Below, piece after piece: positions 36,301 to 44,117 of a stretch of 64,000 bases of DNA (positions are counted from its first letter, which is position 1; each line of letters begins with the position of its first letter). Made by a program: the position numbers and the translations under genes. The stretch comes from Phoronis australis (lineage: Eukaryota; Animalia; Phoronida), in NCBI GenBank assembly GCA_002633005.1, contig NMRA01000553.1:124161-188160 (forward strand). The letters are read 5' to 3'. A model generated the notes under the pieces. That model ran no database searches. It was not told the origin of the DNA and saw only the letters and a list, made by a program, of their open reading frames with translations.

Positions 36301-39300
36301 GCGCAAGCCCACTGTCAAGGTGATGTTTCGCGAGTATGTCTGTGACCTTATTGGCTCACAATAGCAAAATGGCCAGCAACAGAGTGGTTGGTCCGGAATG
36401 CTGTATCAGGAGAGCATTATGTTAACACACTTATTTAGCTACAAAATCAGCCTCTCATTCAGTAGCGCTAGGACCTCGCTAAAAAGCAAGACTTCACGAG
36501 ATTACGTGAGATATTGCCGTGCATTTTAAATGAGAACACGTGACTTTGACTAGGTTTTAGCTAGGTCCTAGCGTAGGTCCTAGCGTCTACTGAACACACG
36601 CCAGGTTTCAACCATTACATAACCCATCCCAGCATTGGCGGATGCTTCGTTAAACCACACCCCTATTTATTCTAGCCACACCCCCCCACTTAAGACACAC
36701 CCACCTCCTGTTTATACATCCAGGCATCAGCCTGCTCAGTGTCCCTGTAGAACAGCTGTAGATCCATACACTGCTCGTACAGAATTCGTCGCTCCTCCCA
36801 CAGCTCCAACAGAGACGACTTTTCCGTCGACAGGGTGACCAGGTGTTCGCGCACCTCGTCCGCAGCGTAGTGGTCGCTGTCTACTAGAGCTTGACCGGCT
36901 TCGGCCGTCGCACAGAAGCTGTCCTCACGCGCATCGATTTCACCCTGTTTAGAAAAACGAGACAGCACACTTTGAACACAGCTTAATAAATTCACACATA
37001 ATCATTTCCTAAAATACCTCTCTCAGTCAAGGTGTACTTTTAACTAATAATCAAAAGCTGAGACCCTTAATTGGTGTGTTCCTCAAAAAAATTGAAAACA
37101 CAACCAAAAACCATACCTGCACTGACACACAACTTGCCATCATATCCATGACCGTGTAATGGTAAGAACATACAATTCAACAAAAGCTTTGAAAGTTCCT
37201 TCAACTGCAGAAATTAAATGGAAAGCGACAAGAAATAATGAGGACCACTTCTCAAACCTCCGCTATTTACCTTATGTTCTTGGTGTCTCTCTAGTAAAGC
37301 CTCGGCCCCAGGTACGTCCTTGGCTAGCTCGTCAGCAGAAATGATGGATTTCATGTCGTTGATCCACGACACCAGATCACGGAAATCAGACAAGAAACGT
37401 TGCAACTTGTAAGAGTCGTCCAGGCGGGTTTTACGCTCAGCAGCCTGGAAATAACAGCCATTGATTTGAGAACGCACACTAAGTTCACCAAATGTTCACA
37501 CGCTGGTAGCAATAGGTTATGTAATGCAAAATGAAATCCACACTGCATCAAGTATTTTTAGTTAAAGGAGATTGTAGCCTCGACTCAGTAAGTCTTACCT
37601 TGGTACTACTCACAGTCCAGCAGATCTTACCTTGGTACTCAGAACTTGCAAGTTGGTCTCACCTTGGTACTCAAAGCCTGCAACTAGGTCTTACCTTGGT
37701 ACTCAGTACCCACCAGATGTTACCTCGGTACTCAGAGCCTGCCACATGGTCTTACCTTGATACTCTGACCCTACCATTTGGTCTTACCTTGGTACTCAAA
37801 CCCTATCACTCGGTCTTACCTTGGTACTCAGACCCTGCCAGTTGGTTTCAATCTCCTGCTGCTTGCTTTGTATCTCCTCACAACTCTCGGGGTGATTCTC
37901 ACAAAGTCTCTGGGCCTCAGTACCCAGTGTGTTCACCTAACAAGGAAAACATTAAGTGTACTACTTGCAGTCATATAACAGCCTACTCATTATATTTCTG
38001 ACCCTCCAGTAACTTTCCAAAATTTTAATTAACAAACAGGAAACTACATTAGCAGATTCGTACTCAAAATTAACCATACATCAAAATCTCACCAATTGAG
38101 GACACAACACGGCGAACAAGTAAAATTTTATTATTTTCTCGATAAGTTGCGATAAAGTAATACTTTCTCAATTCCATGACCTGTACCATAACTGCTACCA
38201 GGCAATACTATGAAAAACAAGTGGGCACTCACCACACTTGAGGAAGTTGAAAAATGGCAAAAGGGCAAGTCTGACAATTGTTTGACCTGAAATTGGTGAT
38301 ATCCTATGGTATTTAAGTTATCAGGGAAGAAACAACAAAGATGAGAGCTAGTGATAACTGCTGGTTCCATTGTTAGACAACAACTCTCATGAGTCTCTAA
38401 CTACAGACCTTCTCCTCAAGTGCCGCTAGGTCTCTTTCTACTCCATCGTGTTTCCTCTGCAGGGCCTGTACACTAGGCAGATCGCGCCCGTAGTCGTCCG
38501 ATGACAGCAGAACATCCTTCTCGTTGATCCAGGCGATCGTTTCATCCGCATCACGGTTGAAGTGTTGGAACTCGTGGGCACCGTAGAGTCGCTCCTGGCG
38601 CAGCAGGGACAGCTGCTTCAGTCTCTGCCATGCCTCATTCAGTTCCTGTAGCAGGGGGTAAAGTACCGGTGAGTTAAGACTAATCACAGCTTACCATGCC
38701 TAGCGACTTCACCTCAAAATGCCAGTAACAAAAGGAAAGGTTATACAATAGCAGCTAACAACAAGAATACAAATCGGGGTCTAGTAGATAACACGAGAAC
38801 TTAAAATATGGCGTTTCGTCCAGCATATAAGAATTTGCCAATTCACAAAACAGTGTGAACTCATGTGCTAGTGATCTAGCTTCAGAACACAAGGTATGTA
38901 TTAAGAAAGTAATATGATATTCACAGTTGGATCCTATCATAGAAGCAGTGGAGCTCATACTTTGAGGCTGGAGAAGTCAATATGTCGAATTACTATGAAA
39001 GTAAAAACAGGACATAATATGAAAAATCAGAGACTACTAAGAAGGAAAAAAAAGCACGAATGAAGAGATTCTTTGAGAAGAATGTGATTAAAGCAACCAT
39101 TTACAAGTGTCACCTACTTCTTGCCTCTGGCGGATGGTGGCGTCCTCTGGGTGACCATCTTCCACCAGACGGTCAGCTTGTTGGTTGATGTCAGTTACTA
39201 TATCCTCATGGTTCTGAAGATCCTAGAGGAGAAAGGCAGGCCATTGTATACAATAGTGACACAATGTGAACACCAGGTGTCAGGGCACGACAGTTGGGGA

Positions 39301-42243
39301 ATTCTGGGTAGCAACAACTACAGCGGAACAGCACGACGTAGAGTGCATTTCATTTCATTTTGGTTTTGAAGCACGTTTTACAAGCAAACACCTCACACTA
39401 AAGTTTCAGTCTGTCTGTTCGAAGGACTTGATACTACCTTGTAGCCTATGGAGCTCAGCCATAATGTAAAAATCTGTCGTGAAATAAAACCTTTACAAAA
39501 AATGGTCTTACTTTGTTAAACTCGTCATATTTCTTCTGTAGCATTTCCACATGCTCAAGGTCCTGTCCAAACTCTTCTGAAGCGACAAACGCCTCCTGCA
39601 AAAGAATGTCATAACCAGTGACAGAACATCAACTAAACATGTTCACACAAACATTATTGTGAACTTCAATCAAAAATTCCAGAGTGACCCTCCTGCAATT
39701 TACACACAATGCATATCAGAATATTGTTTTAACCTTTGGTGACCTCAACAGATGTGGAGCAGGCATGATGTTAACAAACAATTCTACATCTTTAAATTGA
39801 TGATTCCTAGAGATGAATACTATTCTTTAAGCTAGACATAGGGGTTATTTGATTGGTTTGGACTGTAAACATGAAGAAGACACTGGATTTTGATGTGAAT
39901 GTAAACCGCAACTGTAAGCGACACTGAGCAGTTTCCTAATATCCCTATAACTCGGAACATTTGGTTTAACACAACGGTGAGTGTCGGATATTTCGATTTC
40001 ATTTTGTGACGCGTCATAAAAATGGAGTCATCAAATACGGCAAATTAGCTCTTCTTATTCGGAATGGTCTTACTTTTGACTGAACAAACTCCCTTGTTTG
40101 ATCAAGTAAGCCATTTATGCCAGCAATGTTCAATATAGTTCTAGCATACGACTACTACAATGACTGGTGGCAGCACCTACCTTGTCTCTGATCCAGAACA
40201 TGATCTCGTCGCAGCCTCTCAAGAACGTCTGCAGCTGTAGAGCCTGCTGGAGTCTCTGGCTCTTTTCAGCCAGTTTGGCCAACAGCAGCTCCCACAGTCG
40301 ATGGAGTTCTTCCAGACGTACCTAGATGGAGCAGATGGTAGAATGGCATTGAGCGTCACGCTTATATCACAATTTTTGACGTTATTGACATCATCGTTTA
40401 TACAGCGCATGCACAAAATAAGTAAATGCTAACCATAACTAAATCGCAGCTTTCATGCCACGATGGCAGATTCCAGTTACAACAGAAAAGAGTGGCAATG
40501 CACAGTCATTGTCTAGAATACAGTTTCCACCTCGCAAACTATCCAGAAAATTCCGTCATAACTGGCAGCAATTTTTGACAGTGAATTTCACATGGGCTCA
40601 TCAAGACGGAGACTTGCAGGTCATTTTGACCAATTATTTTTGGCAATTATTACATATGAGAACCCAAAGAAATAAATCTTACTCTGATGGTCTCCGACAT
40701 GAAATGCTCTCTGTTGATCATTTCCATGCCTGTGTTGTCAAGGACGACGATGGCATTGCTATGGGCAGCTACTTCAGCTTCAAATGCCTGATGCTTTTGA
40801 ATTTTGGCCTGTAATAATATGAAGCATTGGAAAAATTAAAATACCACATTACCAGAGATTAAAAGAAAAATAAAATCTGAAATTAAGCTTTATTTAGACA
40901 AAATGCTGCGTTGAACAAACATCCGAGGAGAAAAGTTTGTAATGTAATGAAAATTTGCACTTCAATGAAAAGTCTGCACTATAATGAAAAATCTGTACTA
41001 TAATGAAAAATGTGCACTATAATAAAAATTCTACACCATAATAAAAACTATGCACTATAATAAAAAGTCTACACCATAATAAAAATTCTGCACTATAATG
41101 AAAAGTGTGCACTATAATGAAAAGCTTGCACTATTATAAAAAGTGCACTAAAATAAAAATTCTGCACTATAATGAAAATTCTACACTATAATGAAAATTC
41201 TGCACTATAATGAAATTTGCACTATAATTAAAAGTTTGCACTATAATTTAAAGTTTGTACAATGATGAAAAGTCTGCAAAATAATGAAGTTTGCACTATA
41301 ATTTTAAGTCTACACTATAATGAAAAGGCTGCACTATAATGAAAAGTTTGCACTATTATAACAAGTGCACTATAACAAAAATTCTGCACTATAATGAAGT
41401 TTGCACTATACTGAAGTCTGCACTATAATAAAAATTCTGCACTATAATGAAATTCTGCACTATAATGAAGTTTGCACTAAAATTCAAAGTTTGCACTATA
41501 ATGAAGTCTGCACTATTATAAAAAAGTCTGCACTATAATAAAAATTCTGCACTATAATGAAGTCTGCACTATAATGAAGTTTGCACTATAATTCAAAGTT
41601 TGCACTACAATGAAAAGTCTGCACTATTATAAAATTGTCTGCACAAAAATAAAAATTCTGCACTATAATGAAGTTTGCATTATAATGAAAATTCTGCACT
41701 ATAATGAAATGTTTGCACTGTAACGAAAAGTCTGCACTAAAATGAAGTTTGCATTATAATGAAAATTCTGCACTATAATGAAACGCTTGCACTGAAACGA
41801 AAAGTCTGCAGTATAATGAAAAGTTTGCACTATAATGAAAAGTCTGCACTATAATGAAGTTTGCACTATAATGAAAAGTTTGCACTATAATAAAAGTTTG
41901 AACTGTAATAGTTAGCATTTAAACTTGCTTTATTATGCTGTTAACCAACAAGAGAATCTTTTAAACTAGGAAGATAATTCATCTGCCAGCTAACCTGGAG
42001 ATTGGTTGGATCGCGATAATTCTCGTCGAGGGCTGTCTGGAGTTTCTCGTTAATCCAACTCTCCAATTCATCGGCATCACGCTTGAAGTACTGGAACTGC
42101 CGTGCGTCCTCCAGCATAGCACGCCGCTTCGAAACCGTCTGTTTGAAAGCATCGTAGCGAGTGAGCACCTGCTCGCGACGCTCCTGGATATCTTCGGCTG
42201 TCTCAAGGATCTTCACTTCGCGGGGACCTACGTCTGTCGTCAT
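243..42243 (-). CDS. SPTAN1: Alpha-spectrin (non-erythroid type), 42 coding exons in window, 3'-partial (final exon off the left edge)
   Basis: Spliced [30 protein letters not shown]...ITSQELFA, 2374 codons. Contains spectrin repeats (W..EK, D.G.DL..V..L.KKH), SH3 ([19 protein letters not shown]...[18 protein letters not shown]) and EF-hands ([14 protein letters not shown]; [13 protein letters not shown]). All junctions are GT-AG and phases match. Confidence 0.97.
1199..1345 (-). CDS. SPTAN1: alpha-spectrin coding exon 41 (EF-hand)
   Basis: [27 protein letters not shown]...DPNR. Confidence 0.93.
1645..1895. repeat. ~54-bp minisatellite (about 5 units) overlapping the exon 40 donor
   Basis: Unit ccactc(c/a)cttgaacatcac/t..taacccccc.ctcatgtcccc.taccc at ~1658, 1711, 1761, 1815, 1870. 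Confidence 0.85.
1878..2040 (-). CDS. SPTAN1: alpha-spectrin coding exon 40
   Basis: [37 protein letters not shown]...FSMMFK. Confidence 0.93.
2524..2666 (-). CDS. SPTAN1: alpha-spectrin coding exon 39
   Basis: [20 protein letters not shown]...[14 protein letters not shown] (translated by hand; not in ORF track). Confidence 0.92.
3411..3523 (-). CDS. SPTAN1: alpha-spectrin coding exon 38
   Basis: [38 protein letters not shown]. Confidence 0.92.
4412..4591 (-). CDS. SPTAN1: alpha-spectrin coding exon 37
   Basis: ALREAHDQF...[25 protein letters not shown]. Confidence 0.92.
4906..5095 (-). CDS. SPTAN1: alpha-spectrin coding exon 36
   Basis: WQQLLDDS...[32 protein letters not shown]. Confidence 0.93.
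5406..5619 (-). CDS. SPTAN1: alpha-spectrin coding exon 35
   Basis: [32 protein letters not shown]...VMDR. Confidence 0.93.
6140..6398 (-). CDS. SPTAN1: alpha-spectrin coding exon 34
   Basis: [13 protein letters not shown]...[19 protein letters not shown]. Confidence 0.93.
6858..6920. repeat. Degenerate copy of ~75-bp hairpin element
   Basis: ggggtccccgtattttgaaaaccaagtttctccaacgaataacgactatcaaactaattctc resembles copies at 12.97, 16.68 and 26.69 kb. Confidence 0.6.
7018..7272 (-). CDS. SPTAN1: alpha-spectrin coding exon 33
   Basis: GVQEQGAQL...[27 protein letters not shown]. Confidence 0.93.
7828..7833 (-). CDS. Candidate 6-nt alternative microexon (KL)
   Basis: tctgcctatttcctctcctttctattatttctggtag|AAATTG|gtgatt in a phase-0 intron. 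Confidence 0.35.
8577..8621 (-). CDS. Candidate 45-nt alternative exon ([15 protein letters not shown])
   Basis: gttgcag acceptor, gtaagt donor, open in phase 0. Confidence 0.45.
10009..10102. repeat. Perfect inverted repeat, 44-bp arms, 6-nt loop
   Basis: aaatggcaaaatgagttaccattgttggcagcattgtgtgttaa-atagac-ttaacacacaatgctgccaacaatggtaactcattttgccattt. Confidence 0.95.
10231..10282. repeat. 18-bp tandem repeat x3 containing the exon 32 splice donor
   Basis: Minus strand GTACA(G/A)|gtatgtcgggg at 18-nt spacing. Confidence 0.9.
10277..10496 (-). CDS. SPTAN1: alpha-spectrin coding exon 32
   Basis: VKDLAAQRR...[32 protein letters not shown]. Confidence 0.93.
10709..10880. repeat. Dispersed repeat, copy 1 (copy 2 at 33474..33640)
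   Basis: Shared gacatgcaaggtcagtga..gtagttctttgtgaaccctgct..tcatacaactgt..ggtctgtgt. Confidence 0.8.
11584..11693 (-). CDS. SPTAN1: alpha-spectrin coding exon 31
   Basis: [36 protein letters not shown] (not in ORF track). Confidence 0.92.
12326..12615 (-). CDS. SPTAN1: alpha-spectrin coding exon 30
   Basis: [17 protein letters not shown]...[25 protein letters not shown]. Confidence 0.93.
12965..13033. repeat. ~75-bp hairpin element copy
   Basis: cattttaaaaaccagttttctccactgaataatgggcactggttttcaaaatg. Confidence 0.75.
14059..14073 (-). CDS. Candidate 15-nt alternative microexon
   Basis: ccttccctattttccag|AGTTCACTGGTCCAG|gtgatt; phase 1-1, would give GN-KFTGPA-LSD. Confidence 0.45.
16195..16442 (-). 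CDS. SPTAN1: alpha-spectrin coding exon 29
   Basis: [17 protein letters not shown]...[22 protein letters not shown]...TGN. Confidence 0.93.
16677..16751. repeat. ~75-bp hairpin element copy (best preserved)
   Basis: Arms gagaaccagttt (16691-16702) / aaactggttctc (16725-16736), extendable with mismatches. Confidence 0.8.
17236..17339 (-). CDS. SPTAN1: alpha-spectrin coding exon 28
   Basis: [35 protein letters not shown]. Confidence 0.92.
17911..18103 (-). CDS. SPTAN1: alpha-spectrin coding exon 27
   Basis: [21 protein letters not shown]...[12 protein letters not shown]. Confidence 0.93.
18141..19318. repeat. Tandem duplication 18141..18776 / 18778..19318 joined by one N; includes a ~95-bp VNTR
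   Basis: Near-identical copies; the first has one extra ~95-bp unit. Confidence 0.88.
19344..19492 (-). CDS. SPTAN1: alpha-spectrin coding exon 26
   Basis: [38 protein letters not shown]...ELE. Confidence 0.93.
22847..22900 (-). CDS. Candidate 54-nt alternative exon ([18 protein letters not shown])
   Basis: ttgtgttctgtgcccgtcaag acceptor, CAG|gtgggg donor, open in phase 0, resembles EHRLEIDAR; downstream GCATG and TGCATG. Confidence 0.6.
23693..23792 (-). CDS. SPTAN1: alpha-spectrin coding exon 25
   Basis: [33 protein letters not shown]. Confidence 0.93.
24335..24516 (-). CDS. SPTAN1: alpha-spectrin coding exon 24
   Basis: [16 protein letters not shown]...[13 protein letters not shown]. 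Confidence 0.93.
24845..24989 (-). CDS. SPTAN1: alpha-spectrin coding exon 23
   Basis: [12 protein letters not shown]...[27 protein letters not shown]. Confidence 0.93.
25186..25277 (-). CDS. SPTAN1: alpha-spectrin coding exon 22
   Basis: [31 protein letters not shown]. Confidence 0.92.
25793..25900 (-). CDS. SPTAN1: alpha-spectrin coding exon 21
   Basis: [36 protein letters not shown] (not in ORF track). Confidence 0.92.
26404..26605 (-). CDS. SPTAN1: alpha-spectrin coding exon 20
   Basis: [12 protein letters not shown]...[18 protein letters not shown]; AAG acceptor. Confidence 0.92.
26687..26765. repeat. ~75-bp hairpin element copy
   Basis: ggggctcccacaatacgagaaccagttttctccactgattaacaggcatcaaactggttcttaaaatctgcaacccc. 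Confidence 0.78.
26861..27654. mobile_element. Non-autonomous DNA transposon (MITE, PIF/Harbinger-like), right end cut by N
   Basis: Starts gggctgttccagtaaaatctgt.tggaggggggg after TGA; 27580-27654 is approximately the reverse complement of 56565-56640. Confidence 0.7.
28045..28190 (-). CDS. SPTAN1: alpha-spectrin coding exon 19 (SH3 C-half)
   Basis: [48 protein letters not shown]. Confidence 0.94.
28601..28735 (-). CDS. SPTAN1: alpha-spectrin coding exon 18 (SH3 N-half)
   Basis: [45 protein letters not shown]. Confidence 0.94.
29196..29438 (-). CDS. SPTAN1: alpha-spectrin coding exon 17
   Basis: EKANQR...[16 protein letters not shown]...[16 protein letters not shown]...ACR. Confidence 0.93.
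30170..30487 (-). CDS. SPTAN1: alpha-spectrin coding exon 16
   Basis: EPLAARK...[28 protein letters not shown]...WQQLV. Confidence 0.93.
31190..31375 (-). CDS. SPTAN1: alpha-spectrin coding exon 15
   Basis: [25 protein letters not shown]...YEALA. Confidence 0.93.
32777..32889 (-). CDS. SPTAN1: alpha-spectrin coding exon 14
   Basis: [37 protein letters not shown]. Confidence 0.92.
33474..33640. repeat. Dispersed repeat, copy 2
   Basis: Similar to 10709..10880, same orientation. Confidence 0.8.
34044..34248 (-). CDS. SPTAN1: alpha-spectrin coding exon 13
   Basis: [22 protein letters not shown]...[21 protein letters not shown]. Confidence 0.92.
35184..35339 (-). CDS. SPTAN1: alpha-spectrin coding exon 12
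   Basis: [12 protein letters not shown]...[25 protein letters not shown]. Confidence 0.93.
35597..35674 (-). CDS. SPTAN1: alpha-spectrin coding exon 11
   Basis: [26 protein letters not shown]. Confidence 0.92.
36016..36126 (-). CDS. SPTAN1: alpha-spectrin coding exon 10
   Basis: [37 protein letters not shown]. Confidence 0.93.
36705..36944 (-). CDS. SPTAN1: alpha-spectrin coding exon 9
   Basis: [10 protein letters not shown]...[25 protein letters not shown]. Confidence 0.93.
37271..37444 (-). CDS. SPTAN1: alpha-spectrin coding exon 8
   Basis: [12 protein letters not shown]...[22 protein letters not shown]. Confidence 0.93.
37590..37840. repeat. 32-bp tandem repeat x8, each unit an exon-end plus splice donor
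   Basis: Minus-strand TGAGTACCAAG|GTAAGA-like units, GT at 37818, 37786, 37754, 37722, 37693, 37661, 37629, 37597. Confidence 0.92.
37820..37936 (-). CDS. SPTAN1: alpha-spectrin coding exon 7
   Basis: [39 protein letters not shown] (not in ORF track). Confidence 0.92.
38409..38645 (-). CDS. SPTAN1: alpha-spectrin coding exon 6
   Basis: ELNEAWQRL...[30 protein letters not shown]. Confidence 0.93.
39118..39222 (-). CDS. SPTAN1: alpha-spectrin coding exon 5
   Basis: [35 protein letters not shown]. Confidence 0.92.
39512..39595 (-). CDS. SPTAN1: alpha-spectrin coding exon 4
   Basis: [28 protein letters not shown]. Confidence 0.92.
40181..40321 (-). CDS. SPTAN1: alpha-spectrin coding exon 3
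   Basis: [20 protein letters not shown]...[15 protein letters not shown]. Confidence 0.93.
40683..40808 (-). CDS. SPTAN1: alpha-spectrin coding exon 2
   Basis: [42 protein letters not shown]. Confidence 0.93.
40945..41910. repeat. AT-rich minisatellite, ~19-22-bp unit tgcactataatgaaaagt(c/t), roughly 45 copies
   Basis: Continuous degenerate array filling most of the intron. Confidence 0.95.
41995..42243 (-). CDS. SPTAN1: alpha-spectrin first coding exon (acceptor at ~42256)
   Basis: [30 protein letters not shown]...[19 protein letters not shown]...DPTNLQ; tttctgtttcag 12 nt upstream of the ATG. Confidence 0.94.
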
Positions 42244-44117
42244 TCTGATTTACAGCTGAAACAGAAAATAAAAAGGTTAGTGAAAGGAAAAGGTGATCAG
42301 TGCGATGGACCCACATGCGTGGCCTGCGTATGTCTGGTATGTGTATCAGACCGCCTATAATTATTTTTTTTTTAAACGAGATGGACGTCATCTGAAAAGC
42401 AAGGAACTTTAGCTTGCAGGGGTCGAATGGGGTAGACTTAAATGGCTGTCTTTTAAAACAGCCGTGCCATGTATTGAAATTCATTAAACCAGCAGATGGT
42501 GATCAGGTCTTCAGTGGACAGGCATTCAGCGCCACCTACAGATCCCATGTAATGCGATCACAGAGGATTCAACCTACTGGTTAAACAAAGTTTTAACACC
42601 TTTTCTGCTATTGCAATACTGTGTGGTGGGATGTATCAACGCCATCAATTGATGAGCAAGGAAGTGCTGTACTGTATATTTCCATCTGCAAAGACGTACC
42701 CGCAGCAAGTCAGAGGCTGCAGTTGATAAAGCAGCAGAACTTCGATCTCAGCAGGTATCGAAAAGCTATAGGGAATTAATGACCTTAAACTAATCAAGCA
42801 ACGGGAGAGGTTTACAGTAGAATTCAGTCCTCAAACTTGAACCAATATATAGTAATTCAACTATTGTCCACCAAATCTTAGTCGGAATCAATCGCAAGTC
42901 ACTTTTGTGCTCTCATTACGCTAGAGTGTCCCCCATTCTCCCTGATAACGGGAAAAGGGCAGAATAAGATGTCTTTCACACTATTTAAAAAATTTACATA
43001 TTTCATTTGTAGATAACATAATCTAATTCTTTTCTGTTTTAATTACCAAAGCGGTAGAATACAATCCATCAAATTAAATTTGGCCACGTCAATCGATCAG
43101 CAATCATTTTCCCCTACACAGTTGTTAAAGTAGTTTTTTCTTACTAAAGGTTGTGCTATTGCTCTTCCGGTCTTTAGATATAACACAAGAGTTCAGCAAA
43201 TTATCTGATAAAATAAGCTATGACCTTTGCTTACCACACATTATTGACTTAATGACAGACACTCAAAGTGACCACACAAGGATTCCCACTTTAAGACTAA
43301 TTGCTAGACAAAGAAAATGTACCACAGCAGCAGCACTTGTCTGTTCAAATGCTTTTCTTTTCACAATTGAGAAATTGCTGCTATTATCGCCACTTACATG
43401 AACCTAACATTAGTTGCCAGACTGAGACACGGTCCACACAATATGTCTTCTGCCTATGTTGTCTGCTACAGTTTTAGGTGAACAGACTCAGACCGAAGAC
43501 AGCAAGAGATTGTGGAATGCTGTATAAGAAACTTGCCTAGAGAACGCATACACCAGAACTCCAGAAGCTAGTTCTCCAACAGACTACAAGATCGATGCAT
43601 GTTTGCACAGCTAAAGCTGCTCTTCAAGTTATTGACATTCCTCTGCTGATAACCATATTCCTAGACAGGTCATGATGAGTCATGCATTAGTGATGCAGCT
43701 CAACACACCACACAGCAGTGTTCCACTCGGTTTAATTTCATACAGGCTGCCAGTCCTGCCACACTGTCTAACACAACCCTTTCACACAAAATTCAAGAAA
43801 ATGAAGTAAGTGTCCTTCACACGCAATATGCGAACATTCTGCCATAGGCCACTGGCCAGCACAGAAACGTAGTGTTCAACTACGGTGAAATCTCACTAAT
43901 GCAAGACACAGCATGGCCGACAAATGAAATTTTATTTTCTCATGTTCAGTTTAAGATACATATAGCACCATATTAGTGGCTTTCCACATTCAATTTCTGC
44001 ACCATAGCTACCATCTAGCAATGTTTTGAGCAATCGTGGACATTCAACAACATTAGGAACATCTGAAAACTGGAAAAGGGAAATTTTATCAATTATTTTG
44101 GCCCATAACTGGTAACA

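Noticed and set aside
37531-38001. 156-aa plus-strand ORF with LPWYS repeats
   Set aside because: Antisense translation of the 32-bp donor repeat and exon 7.
40945-41910. Regular array as CRISPR
   Set aside because: No unique spacers, degenerate head-to-tail units, eukaryotic intron, no cas genes.
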